Source: Burkholderiales bacterium
GTDB taxonomy: Bacteria; Pseudomonadota; Gammaproteobacteria; Burkholderiales; Gallionellaceae
Length of the DNA: 64,000 nucleotides
Reading direction: 5' to 3'
Assembly: GCA_038329705.1 (NCBI GenBank)
Contig: JBBQNH010000004.1
Location: 2,670 to 66,669 of the forward strand
Shown here: positions 19,837 to 29,196 of the stretch, one piece after another
Layout: each line of letters starts with the position of its first letter
Numbering within the stretch: the first letter of the stretch is position 1
The notes under the pieces: generated by a model
The model's database searches: none
What the model was told of the DNA's origin: nothing
Seen by the model: the letters and a program-made list of their open reading frames with translations, nothing else
Translations under genes and position numbers: made by a program

Positions 19837-20444
19837 TGCCTGATGTTACTGGCATGCAAACGTATGCCCAGCGCATTATCGTGGTCGGGTCGTCAGCTGG
19901 CGGTACTGAAGCGATCAAGGTGTGGTTGTCAGGAATGCCGAGCCATGCTCCCGCCATCCTTATTGCACAGCATATGCCGGAAACCTTTACCAAGTCATTC
20001 GTCATTCGTTTGGGCAACATATGCCGGATGCAAGTCAAGGAAGCTGAGCATCATGAAAAGATCCAGGCGGGGATTGTCTATCTTGCACCCGGTCATTCGC
20101 ACTTGCTGATGGAGCGTGTCCCGGGTTCCGGTTTACGGACGGTATTGAGCAGGGAGCCGCCTGTCAACCACCATCGGCCTTCTGTCGAAGTGCTGTTTCG
20201 TGCCGCTGCCAGAGTGGTTGGCAGCAATGCTGTCGGGGTGATGCTGACCGGCATGGGTAAGGATGGCGCAGCGGCCATGCTGGAGATGCACAAGGCCGGT
20301 GCCTATAACTTCGCACAGGACGAGGCGAGTTGCGTTGTATTCGGGATGCCGCGCGAAGCCATTGCGATCGGTGCCGTTGACGAGGTCGTTCCGCTGGACA
20401 AGATGGCAGAACGGATACTGTCTATTCTGGCGGTCGCCAAATAA
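19836..20444 (+). CDS. cheB: CheB methylesterase, catalytic domain only (no N-terminal receiver)
   Basis: ATG 19836 overlaps the cheR TGA; GSSAGG, QHMP, HRPSVE, LTGMGKDGA, VVFGMP; only ~202 aa. Confidence 0.9.
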   Translation: MPDVTGMQTYAQRIIVVGSSAGGTEAIKVWLSGMPSHAPAILIAQHMPETFTKSFVIRLGNICRMQVKEAEHHEKIQAGIVYLAPGHSHLLMERVPGSGLRTVLSREPPVNHHRPSVEVLFRAAARVVGSNAVGVMLTGMGKDGAAAMLEMHKAGAYNFAQDEASCVVFGMPREAIAIGAVDEVVPLDKMAERILSILAVAK

Positions 20445-20498
20445 CGTTAGTTTCTCCCCGCTATTCACGGGATTGAACTTCCCCGATTTGATGATAAT
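20439..20498 (+). promoter_or_regulatory. FlhDC-type class II promoter of the flhB operon
   Basis: AAATAACG-N12-CGCTATTC then GATAAT 26 nt downstream. Confidence 0.8.
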
Positions 20499-20563
20499 TG
20501 CCATAACCAGCGACTTGCTGGCATTGCTGGATAGCTGTGCACAGCTGACCAGCGGAGTCCATC

Positions 20564-21706
20564 ATGGCAGAAGACAGCGACCTAGAAAAAACCGAACTAC
20601 CCTCGCAACGGCGACTTGACCAGGCCCGAGAAAAAGGCCAGGTCGCGCGATCGCGGGAGTTGTCCACGTTTACCATATTGCTGGCAGGTGGGGCCACGTT
20701 CTGGTTCATGGGCGCATCGTTTACCCAGCATATGGTGGAGTCGTTGCGTGCCGGGTTGATCCTTGACAGGGATCTGGCTTTCAATTCCAGCCTGATCATT
20801 CCGCGTCTTTACGATCTGGCATTGGATGCATTGATCACCTTCTCACCCTTGTTGATGGTTGTCATGCTTACCGCAGCATTATCCCCGTTGCTATTGAACG
20901 GCTGGTTGTTCAGCACCGAGTCTCTGCAACCGAAGTTTGCCAAGCTGAATCCGATTTCCGGGATAGGCCGCATGTTCTCCATGCAATCTCTGGTGGAGCT
21001 TTCCAAGGCGGTCGCCAAATCCCTGCTGGTAGGTGGCGTTGCTGCCTGGGTGATCTGGCACAACAAGGATGTGATGATGGCGCTGAGTACGCAATCGGTC
21101 GATACAGCGATTCCGCAGATGGGTCATTTGATAGGCGCGAGTTTTATGGCCATTGTCGGTGCGATGTTGCTGATTGTGCTGATAGACGTGCCGTTCCAGC
21201 TATGGGATCACAACAAGAAGCTGATGATGACCAAGGAGGAGGTGCGCCAGGAAGCCAAGGAGACAGAGGGAGATCCGATGGTCAAGGGTCGAATCCGCAG
21301 CTTGCAGCGTGAAGCAGCCCGCCGCCGCATGATGGCTGCAATACCCACCGCCGATGTGGTGGTGACCAATCCTACGCATTTTGCGGTAGCGTTGAAATAC
21401 AGCGACAAGGGTAGTCGGGCACCGGTGGTGGTGGCCAAGGGTTCGCATTTGCTGGCATTGCGTATTCGCGAGATCGCGGAAGAAAATCATGTGCCGATAC
21501 TCGAAGCGCCGCCATTGGCACGCGCGCTGCACAAACATACCGAATTGGGCGAGTCCATCCCCGAGGCACTATATACCGCTGTAGCCGAAGTGCTGGCCTA
21601 CGTTTACAAACTGCGTCGCTACGAGAAACAGGGCGGTGCTTGTCCACAAGAACCCAGCGATTTGCCTGTACCAGCCGAACTTGATCCGGCTGCCATGCCG
21701 GCTTAA
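20564..21706 (+). CDS. flhB: Flagellar export protein FlhB
   Basis: EKTELPSQRRL..GQVARSREL; NPTH autocleavage motif. Confidence 0.98.
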   Translation: MAEDSDLEKTELPSQRRLDQAREKGQVARSRELSTFTILLAGGATFWFMGASFTQHMVESLRAGLILDRDLAFNSSLIIPRLYDLALDALITFSPLLMVVMLTAALSPLLLNGWLFSTESLQPKFAKLNPISGIGRMFSMQSLVELSKAVAKSLLVGGVAAWVIWHNKDVMMALSTQSVDTAIPQMGHLIGASFMAIVGAMLLIVLIDVPFQLWDHNKKLMMTKEEVRQEAKETEGDPMVKGRIRSLQREAARRRMMAAIPTADVVVTNPTHFAVALKYSDKGSRAPVVVAKGSHLLALRIREIAEENHVPILEAPPLARALHKHTELGESIPEALYTAVAEVLAYVYKLRRYEKQGGACPQEPSDLPVPAELDPAAMPA

Positions 21707-21717
21707 AGGATTAAATC

Positions 21718-23811
21718 ATGAACTTGCTGCTGAATCTGCAAGAATGGCTCAAACGCAGCGGCATGCGCAGTATGGCCGGACCTGTCCTGATCGTGATGAT
21801 CCTGGCCATGATGGTGTTGCCGCTACCGCCGTTGCTGCTGGACATCCTGTTTACCTTCAACATCGCAATCGCCATCATGGTGCTGCTGGTCAGCATGAAC
21901 ACCACCAAGGCGCTTGATTTTGCGGTGTTTCCCACCGTGCTGCTGATCACCACGCTGTTGCGCTTGTCGCTGAACGTGGCTTCCACGCGTATCGTGTTGC
22001 TGGAAGGACATACCGGGCCGGATGCGGCGGGCAAGGTGATTGAGTCGTTCGGACATTTTCTGGTGGGCGGCAACTACGCGGTGGGCCTGGTGGTATTCGC
22101 CATCCTGGTAGTCATCAACTTCGTGGTGATCACCAAGGGTGCAGGTCGCATCGCCGAAGTGGGCGCGCGTTTCACCCTGGATGCGATGCCCGGCAAGCAA
22201 ATGGCGATCGATGCCGATTTGAATGCCGGACTGATCGGTGAAGATGTTGCGCGCAAACGCCGCGCCGAGATATCACAGGAGGCCGATTTCTATGGATCGA
22301 TGGATGGTGCCAGCAAGTTCGTGCGCGGAGATGCGGTGGCGGGCATCATCATTCTGTTGATCAATATCGTCGGCGGCTTGATCGTCGGTGTGATGCAGCA
22401 CAACCTGGATATTGCCACCGCAGCCAAATATTATACTTTGCTGACCATCGGTGACGGACTGGTGGCGCAGATTCCGGCGCTGGTGATTTCAACCGCTGCC
22501 GGGCTGGTGGTGAGCCGTGTGTCCAGCGATGAGAACATCGGCCAGCAACTGACCGGTCAATTGTTCAGACAACCGCAGGTCATCATGCTGACCGCCGTGA
22601 TAATCGGCGTGATGGGCATGATTCCCGGCATGCCGCACTTTGCCTTTTTGCTGTTGGCGGGTGTCATGGCATGGCTGTCATTTCACTTGTCGAAAAAGAG
22701 CGAGGCTGCCGCCGCGCAGGAACAGACTGCTTCTGCTGCTGCAGTGATACCTGCCATGACCGAAGCTTCCGAGGCAAGCTGGGACGATGTTGCGCAAGTC
22801 GATATGCTCGGTCTGGAAGTCGGCTATCGGCTGATTTCGCTGGTGGACAAGGCGCAGGACGGCGACCTGTTGCGCCGCATCAAGGGTATCCGCAAGAAAT
22901 TCGCGCAGGATATCGGATTTCTGCCGCCGTCCGTGCACATCCGAGACAATCTGGATCTCCACCCGAATAGCTACCGTATCACCCTCAAGGGAGTGGAGAT
23001 CGGTACCGGTGAAATTTATCCGAACCTGTTAATGGCCATCAATCCGGGCAATGTGACCGGAACGCTGCCGGGCACGGCTACAACCGACCCGGCATTCGGT
23101 TTGCCGGCATTATGGATAGAGGCATCAATGCGCGAGCAGGCGCAAGTCATGGGTTATACGGTGGTAGATCCGGGTACCGTGGTGGCAACTCACTTGAGTC
23201 ATCTCATCAGCACCCGCTCATCGGAGCTGCTCGGACGCCAGGAAGTACAGCAACTACTGGAACATCTTGGCAAGAACGCACCCAAACTGGTCGAAGACCT
23301 GGTGCCCAAGACGCTGCCACTGGGGACGGTTCAAAAGGTTCTGCAAAACCTGCTTGATGAAGGCATGCACTTGCGCGACATGCGCACCATCGTGGAAACG
23401 CTGGCGGAAAACGCGGCGCGCAACCTTGATGCTTATCAGCTTACCGCGCTGGTGCGTGTGGCACTTGGCCCTGCCATCGTGCAGCAGTTCTACCCGGCCG
23501 CACAGGAGTTGCAGGTCATCGGGATGGACAAGGAGCTGGAATATATCCTGATCCAGGCGATGCAATCGAGTCAAAACGGTATCGGAATCGAGCCGGGACT
23601 TGCCGATACCGTGCTGCGCGGGACTCGTGCAGCGGCCGAGATTCAGGAAAAGTTGGGTTTGCCTACGGTGATGCTGGTGCCAACCCAGTTGCGCGATCTG
23701 CTGGCACGCTTCCTGAAGCGCGCAGTACCCAATATCAGAGTCATTTCTCACGATGAAGTTCCGGACTTCAAGACCATCCGGGTCACAGCAATGGTAGGAG
23801 GTAAAGCATGA
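21718..23811 (+). CDS. flhA: Flagellar export protein FlhA
   Basis: RIAEVGARFTLDAMPGKQMAIDADL; FYGSMDGASKFVRGD. Confidence 0.98.
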   Translation: MNLLLNLQEWLKRSGMRSMAGPVLIVMILAMMVLPLPPLLLDILFTFNIAIAIMVLLVSMNTTKALDFAVFPTVLLITTLLRLSLNVASTRIVLLEGHTGPDAAGKVIESFGHFLVGGNYAVGLVVFAILVVINFVVITKGAGRIAEVGARFTLDAMPGKQMAIDADLNAGLIGEDVARKRRAEISQEADFYGSMDGASKFVRGDAVAGIIILLINIVGGLIVGVMQHNLDIATAAKYYTLLTIGDGLVAQIPALVISTAAGLVVSRVSSDENIGQQLTGQLFRQPQVIMLTAVIIGVMGMIPGMPHFAFLLLAGVMAWLSFHLSKKSEAAAAQEQTASAAAVIPAMTEASEASWDDVAQVDMLGLEVGYRLISLVDKAQDGDLLRRIKGIRKKFAQDIGFLPPSVHIRDNLDLHPNSYRITLKGVEIGTGEIYPNLLMAINPGNVTGTLPGTATTDPAFGLPALWIEASMREQAQVMGYTVVDPGTVVATHLSHLISTRSSELLGRQEVQQLLEHLGKNAPKLVEDLVPKTLPLGTVQKVLQNLLDEGMHLRDMRTIVETLAENAARNLDAYQLTALVRVALGPAIVQQFYPAAQELQVIGMDKELEYILIQAMQSSQNGIGIEPGLADTVLRGTRAAAEIQEKLGLPTVMLVPTQLRDLLARFLKRAVPNIRVISHDEVPDFKTIRVTAMVGGKA

Positions 23812-25091
23812 ATATCAGAAAATTCATCGCCCCGACGGCTCGTCAGGCATTAAGGGATATTCGCAGCGAATTGGGAAATGAGGCAGTGATCCTGTCAAAT
23901 CGAAAGGTTGATGGCGGGGTGGAAATCATTGCGCTTGCGAATGAGGAAATCACCAGGGTGACCGAATCGGCGGACCGGAAAAAAGTACAGCTTAGCAGCC
24001 AGAAGAAGCCGGCGTCACAACTTCCGCGCAACGAACCCGCGGCGCAGGCAGCTAAGGACGCCTCTATTCTGGGTGAGATAAAGTCGATGCACAATATGCT
24101 GCAGGAACAGCTTGCCGAGTTATCCTGGAACAGCGTTCAGCAGCGCGATCCTTTTGCGGCAGGATTGATGCGAAAAATGCTGAATTCCGGTTTCAGTGCC
24201 CAGCTCGCCCGGCAGTTTCTGGAAAAGATGCCAGCCGTGAAGACCCAGGGCACTGCGTGGATCAACCAGGTATTGAAGCGCAACCTGAGGGTTGCGGCTG
24301 AACAGGATGACATTATTGTCAAAGGCGGAGTGTATGCGCTGATAGGGCCGACCGGTGTTGGCAAGACCACCACCACGGCAAAACTGGCGGCGCGTGCGGT
24401 GGTGCGTTACGGTGCCGACAAGGTGGCGTTGCTCACGACCGACAGCTACCGTATCGGGGCTGTCGAACAGCTGAAAATTTACGGAAAGATCCTCGGTGTG
24501 GCAGTGCATGCGGTGAAAGGCGCGGAGGATTTGCGCCTGACGATATCTTCCTTGCGCAACAAGCATCTGGTGCTGATCGATACCGCCGGCATGGGGCAAC
24601 GCGATGAACGGGTGGGGGACCAGAATGAAATGTTCGATGCAGTCGGCGTGCCGCGTTTGCTATTGCTGAATGCGGCCAGCGGCGGAGATACCCTGGAAGA
24701 TGTAGTGCGCATGTATCACAGTGACAGCGTCATCGGCTGCATATCCACCAAGCTTGATGAGGCGGTCAACCTGGGTGCGCTGCTGGATGTGCTGGTGCGT
24801 CATCAACTGGTGATGCATTACATGACCAACGGCCAGTGTGTACCTGAGGATTTGCATCCGGTAAACCTGGATTATCTGCTGCACCGGGCATTCAAGCAGG
24901 CAGAGTGCAATACGCCATTCACTTTAGGCGAGATGGAGTTCCCGGCATTGATGGCCGGCGAAGGGTCGTTCCAGACATCCGAAAGAATCATGCCGGCTGA
25001 CACCTGGCCTATGGCAGATCAGGAAGCGGCAAGCAGGGCGTCCGGTAATTCTGTATTTGCCAAAGACCGGGGCGCATCCTATGCGCTTTGA
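23808..25091 (+). CDS. flhF: SRP-family GTPase FlhF
   Basis: GPTGVGKTTT, DSYRIGA, DTAG, TKLDE, GQCVPEDL. Confidence 0.97.
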   Translation: MNIRKFIAPTARQALRDIRSELGNEAVILSNRKVDGGVEIIALANEEITRVTESADRKKVQLSSQKKPASQLPRNEPAAQAAKDASILGEIKSMHNMLQEQLAELSWNSVQQRDPFAAGLMRKMLNSGFSAQLARQFLEKMPAVKTQGTAWINQVLKRNLRVAAEQDDIIVKGGVYALIGPTGVGKTTTTAKLAARAVVRYGADKVALLTTDSYRIGAVEQLKIYGKILGVAVHAVKGAEDLRLTISSLRNKHLVLIDTAGMGQRDERVGDQNEMFDAVGVPRLLLLNAASGGDTLEDVVRMYHSDSVIGCISTKLDEAVNLGALLDVLVRHQLVMHYMTNGQCVPEDLHPVNLDYLLHRAFKQAECNTPFTLGEMEFPALMAGEGSFQTSERIMPADTWPMADQEAASRASGNSVFAKDRGASYAL

Positions 25092-26001
25092 CGCAAGAGT
25101 CGACCAGGCGGAAGGGTTGCGACGATTATTGGTTCGTAACCATACGAGGGTGACAACCCTGGTGGCGGGAAAGTCCGGTGTCGGGCAAACCTGCGCAACC
25201 ATCAATATTGCAGCTGCATTGGCACACTCTGGCAAGGAAGTATTGGTGCTGGATGAGAGTCTTGCGCCAAATAATTTTCTGGATCAGCTTGGGTTGTATG
25301 CCAGATATGATTTGCTGGATGTTGCGCACGACAAATGTCTTCCGCGCAATGCGGTATTGAACAGTAATGGTTTTTCTGTTTTATCTACTGCACGTGCAAT
25401 GAATTTGCTGGCAAAATTGAACCAGACCGAACAACAGCGACTGGATGAAGCTCTGGCCGAAGCGTGTGCCAGGGTGGATATGGTGCTGGTGGATGCGGCG
25501 ATACCGGAGCGACATGCCAAAACGCCATCAAATCTGACGAGCGGAGCGTCTTTGCTGGTGGTGATGGATGCCACCAGTAGTGGAATCACAGATAGCTATG
25601 CGTTGATCAAGAGATTAGCACTGGAAAACGCATGCCTGCAGTTCGAAATCGTATTGAACAAGGTCAGCGACGAAAAGACAGCGCTGAAGGCATTTGAAAA
25701 CATGGCCAAAGTGGCATGGAACAATCTCCGTGCGCGTCTGGACTATTTGGGCTGCATACCTCGGGACGACAGGTTGAAACGAGCCATTCAGCTTGGCCGG
25801 CCGGTGATCTCGGCATATCCTGCTGCCACCTCAGCTATAGCTTTCCAGGAGATCGCGCAAAGATTGTTGCATCTCCCGGTAAGACAGATCGATACGGGCA
25901 GCGGGATGCATGGCTTCATGCCATTCCTGGCAAGACAGGTATCGCGACCGCAGATGCCACTTCAATACAGCAAGAAAGTGACGCACGCTGTAAACTGTTA
26001 A
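25081..26001 (+). CDS. flhG: FlhG/FleN MinD-like protein with a degenerate P-loop
   Basis: DQAEGLRRL N-terminal motif; GKSGVGQT; ITDSYALIK; located between flhF and fliA. Confidence 0.88.
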   Translation: MRFDARVDQAEGLRRLLVRNHTRVTTLVAGKSGVGQTCATINIAAALAHSGKEVLVLDESLAPNNFLDQLGLYARYDLLDVAHDKCLPRNAVLNSNGFSVLSTARAMNLLAKLNQTEQQRLDEALAEACARVDMVLVDAAIPERHAKTPSNLTSGASLLVVMDATSSGITDSYALIKRLALENACLQFEIVLNKVSDEKTALKAFENMAKVAWNNLRARLDYLGCIPRDDRLKRAIQLGRPVISAYPAATSAIAFQEIAQRLLHLPVRQIDTGSGMHGFMPFLARQVSRPQMPLQYSKKVTHAVNC

Positions 26002-26003
26002 GT

Positions 26004-26714
26004 ATGTACAATGCATCCGGACTAAACGACAAAGAAGAATGCCTTCGGGAACATTCCCAGTTGGTGAAGCGGCTTGCGTATCAGATGATGACCAAATTAC
26101 CCAGTAGTGTGCAAATCGACGATATCATTCAGGCAGGGATGATGGGGCTGCTGGATGCCGCAAGCCGTTACGATGAGTTTCACGGCGCGCAGTTCGAAAC
26201 ATACGCAACGCAGCGTATCCGCGGCGCGATGCTGGATGAATTACGCGCAGCTGACTGGCTGCCGCGCAGTTTGCGTCGCGACATGCGCCGTATCGAGTCG
26301 GCTATCAGCCGCATGCAGCAGAAATTGGGCAAGCCTCCCAGCGAAACCAAGATTGCTGAAGAAATGGGGGTCACACTTGACGAATATCAACATATGCTCC
26401 ACGAGTCGCGCGGCGCGCGGCTGGTCTATTACGAAGACTTCCAGAATGAGGATCAGGACAATTTTTTCGAACGTTTTGATACCAACAGCGGTGGTGATCC
26501 CATGGATATATTGCAGGACGGGCAATTTAAAATGGAATTGGTGCAGGCGATCGAGAGCTTGCCGGAACGGGAACGGATGATGATGGGTATGATTTACGAG
26601 CAGGAGATGAATCTTCGCGAGATCGGCGAGGTCATGGGTGTGAGCGAGTCGCGTATCTCGCAATTACATAGCCAGGCAGTGGCGCGGCTACGCAGCCGGA
26701 TGAAGGGTGGCTGA
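26004..26714 (+). CDS. fliA: Flagellar sigma factor sigma28
   Basis: Start ATG 26004; FETYATQRIRGAMLDELR..DWLPRS; IGEVMGVSESRISQLH. Confidence 0.97.
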   Translation: MYNASGLNDKEECLREHSQLVKRLAYQMMTKLPSSVQIDDIIQAGMMGLLDAASRYDEFHGAQFETYATQRIRGAMLDELRAADWLPRSLRRDMRRIESAISRMQQKLGKPPSETKIAEEMGVTLDEYQHMLHESRGARLVYYEDFQNEDQDNFFERFDTNSGGDPMDILQDGQFKMELVQAIESLPERERMMMGMIYEQEMNLREIGEVMGVSESRISQLHSQAVARLRSRMKGG

Positions 26715-27454
26715 TGGATAAATTGACTATTTTGGGACTGCTGGTTGGCATTGCCGGCGTCATGAGCGGCCAGCTGCTGGAAGGGGCCGACCTTTCCATC
26801 ATGTTCCAGGGGGCGGCATTCATGATCGTGCTCGGTGGCACACTGGGTGCGGTGATGGTGCAATGTCCGTCGAAGGTATTCATTTCCGCGATCAAGATGG
26901 GGAGCTGGGCCTTTGTCACACCGAAGATCTCCGGCAAGGATTCGGTCAGGAAGCTGGTTAGTTTGAGTGTGCTTGCGCGAAAGGAAGGCATCCTTGCCCT
27001 TGAAGGACAATTGAGAAGCATCAATGATCCTTTTATGAGGAAAGGTATGGAGTTGCTGGTGGATAGCAACAGCGGGGAAAAGATCCGTGAAATATTGGAT
27101 GTGGAAATCCATTCATGGGAACAGCTGCGCTGGCAGTCCGCGCGCGTATGGGAAGCCGCGGCGGGATACTCGCCCACTATCGGTATCATTGGCGCAGTGC
27201 TGGGCCTGATGCATGTGATGCAGAATCTGAGCGAGCCAGGAAAATTGGGCAGCGGTATCGCCGTCGCATTCGTGGCAACGATTTATGGGGTGGCCTTTGC
27301 CAACCTGCTGTTTCTGCCGATCGCCAACAAGCTGAAAACCATCATCATGGAACAGGCCGATATGTATGAAATGATAGTGGATGGCCTGGTCGGGATCGCC
27401 AATGGCGATCACCCCAAACTGATCGAGATCAAGCTGCAGAGTTATTTTAACTAG
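26714..27454 (+). CDS. motC: Second stator A subunit (MotC type)
   Basis: ARKEGILALE, YSPTIGIIGAVLGL, AVAFVATIYGV. Confidence 0.9.
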   Translation: MDKLTILGLLVGIAGVMSGQLLEGADLSIMFQGAAFMIVLGGTLGAVMVQCPSKVFISAIKMGSWAFVTPKISGKDSVRKLVSLSVLARKEGILALEGQLRSINDPFMRKGMELLVDSNSGEKIREILDVEIHSWEQLRWQSARVWEAAAGYSPTIGIIGAVLGLMHVMQNLSEPGKLGSGIAVAFVATIYGVAFANLLFLPIANKLKTIIMEQADMYEMIVDGLVGIANGDHPKLIEIKLQSYFN

Positions 27455-27456
27455 CC

Positions 27457-28239
27457 ATGGCCCGGCGGAAAAGACGTTTCGAACATGTTAATCACGATCG
27501 CTGGCTGATCTCGTATGCCGACTTCGTTACCCTGCTGTTCGCATTCTTCGTGGTGATGTATTCGATTTCCTCGGTGAATGATACCAAGTACAAGAACTTC
27601 AGTGATTCGCTGAGTATCGCGTTTTCCAATCAACCGAATTCATCCTTTACCACCATCGTGCCCAATGAGCAGGTGCAATTGCTCAAGGCTCTGGTTGAGA
27701 AACGCACGGCACGACTGGTCGAACAGCAACGCAAGTTACAAGAGCGGATGAATCATCTCGCCGGTGGCCTGAAAAAAGTGTTGTCCCCGCTCATCAAGCA
27801 ACGTCAGGTTGAGATCAATTCCACGAAGCGCGGCGTGGTGATCAATATCAGTGCGAGTTCGTTGTTTAAAATCGGTGAAGCTGAGATACAGCCGGGCGCA
27901 CTGGAGGTGTTGCGCCAGGTTGCCGCGGTGTTGAGAGACGAAGAATTGCCTATAAGTGACGAAGCATTGCCTATAGAAGTGGAGGGCCATACTGACGATA
28001 TTCCCATCATGACCGCTCAATTCCCATCCAATTGGGAATTGTCTTCTGCCCGCGCAAGCAGCGTGGTCAGGATGTTGGTCAATAGCGGCGTTCCGGAAAA
28101 ACGCATGGCGGCAGTCGGTTTGGCGTCAAATCAGCCGCTGGTTCCGAACGACACTGCGGAAAATCGCGACAGGAACCGGCGCGTGAGCATCACGATATTG
28201 AAGCCGGATCTGGAGCGATCAGAACCGGAAGCAGAGTAA
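27457..28239 (+). CDS. motD: Second stator B subunit (MotD type)
   Basis: NHDRWLISYADFVTLLFAFFVVMY, EGHTD, SNWELSSARA. Confidence 0.9.
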   Translation: MARRKRRFEHVNHDRWLISYADFVTLLFAFFVVMYSISSVNDTKYKNFSDSLSIAFSNQPNSSFTTIVPNEQVQLLKALVEKRTARLVEQQRKLQERMNHLAGGLKKVLSPLIKQRQVEINSTKRGVVINISASSLFKIGEAEIQPGALEVLRQVAAVLRDEELPISDEALPIEVEGHTDDIPIMTAQFPSNWELSSARASSVVRMLVNSGVPEKRMAAVGLASNQPLVPNDTAENRDRNRRVSITILKPDLERSEPEAE

Positions 28240-28252
28240 GCGGAAGACCAGC

Positions 28253-28729
28253 CTATCCGTTCCCCAGTGATCTGCCGCTGCCGGTAGGGATGTCCGGTTG
28301 GCCGTCCGGTCCGTATAGATTGGCTTTTTTGGCCGCAGCGCTTAAAACTGCAAGTGATTGCTGGTTGTGGCGCAACTTCATCTGTATCAATTTTCCATTG
28401 TCAAGATTGAGTAGCTGGGATCGTTTGGCCAACGCGAGGATGTTCTGCCACAAGCTCAAACCTTCCGGGGAATGTGCGCCCAGCCAGGCCTGGATCGTAT
28501 CGGTGTCAAGTTTCGGGATGTTTTTCTGAAATATTGCGTGGCGTGCTTGCGCGAAGCCGTTCAGGGTCAGCGCATCCGCAGTTTTCTGCTCGGATAAAAC
28601 AAGCAGTTGGTCGCCGGGGTCACTTACCAGCATTTCCTGCTCGCGTTCCAGCAATAACACGAACTCAAGCAAAGCCGCATGTTCTGCAGCCAGGATATCA
28701 AGCAACTTGCTGGCGGGGGTTTGTTCCAA
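28253..28729 (-). CDS. flgN: Flagellar chaperone FlgN
   Basis: Downstream of flgM; LNLDNGKLI..LYGPDG. Confidence 0.88.
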   Translation of the reverse strand: MEQTPASKLLDILAAEHAALLEFVLLLEREQEMLVSDPGDQLLVLSEQKTADALTLNGFAQARHAIFQKNIPKLDTDTIQAWLGAHSPEGLSLWQNILALAKRSQLLNLDNGKLIQMKLRHNQQSLAVLSAAAKKANLYGPDGQPDIPTGSGRSLGNG

Positions 28730-28732
28730 GGA

Positions 28733-29047
28733 TTATTTGCCGCGGACGGTCAGTTCACGAACTGTTGCTATCAGCCGATCGGCAACGACTTCAGTATTCA
28801 CCTTGAAGCGGCCATCGCTGATGGCTTGCTTGATTTCCGCAACTTTGCCTGCATCGACAACGGACATGCTTCCGATATTGCTTTCGATACTGTTCAGCTT
28901 TGCAGCGGTTGAACCAAGCGAAACATTGGTACTGCTGGCAGGCTGCGGCGTCGGGGACTGCCCCGATTTGCCCTTGGCTGGGGCATGCGCGGCGCCTTCC
29001 CCTGCTGGACTGACTGGCAACGGCTTGCCGGTTTTGTCGATTTTCAC
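28733..29047 (-). CDS. flgM: Anti-sigma28 factor FlgM
   Basis: VDAGKVAEIKQAISDGRFKVNTEVVADRLI. Confidence 0.95.
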   Translation of the reverse strand: MKIDKTGKPLPVSPAGEGAAHAPAKGKSGQSPTPQPASSTNVSLGSTAAKLNSIESNIGSMSVVDAGKVAEIKQAISDGRFKVNTEVVADRLIATVRELTVRGK

Positions 29048-29112
29048 TTTTATCCCCTCAAACTCGATACTTAGTCGTTTAACCGGACTGAGAATGTCCA
29101 GCTACATCAGCT

Positions 29113-29139
29113 ATATCGGTCATATATCGGAAAAGTTTA
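29113..29139 (-). promoter_or_regulatory. sigma28 promoter of flgMN
   Basis: Minus strand TAAACTTT-N11-ACCGATAT. Confidence 0.75.
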
Positions 29140-29196
29140 GCTTGAATACGCGTATTTATAGTGCAAGCGCGGCCATAACGCAATCGCTAACTTGAA

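Noticed and set aside
25716-26003. Long N-terminal extensions in the ORF track (fliA, flhC, flgB, fliP, fliQ, ParA)
   Set aside because: Upstream alternative starts overlap neighbouring genes or promoters. Downstream starts give family-typical lengths, most with a visible RBS.
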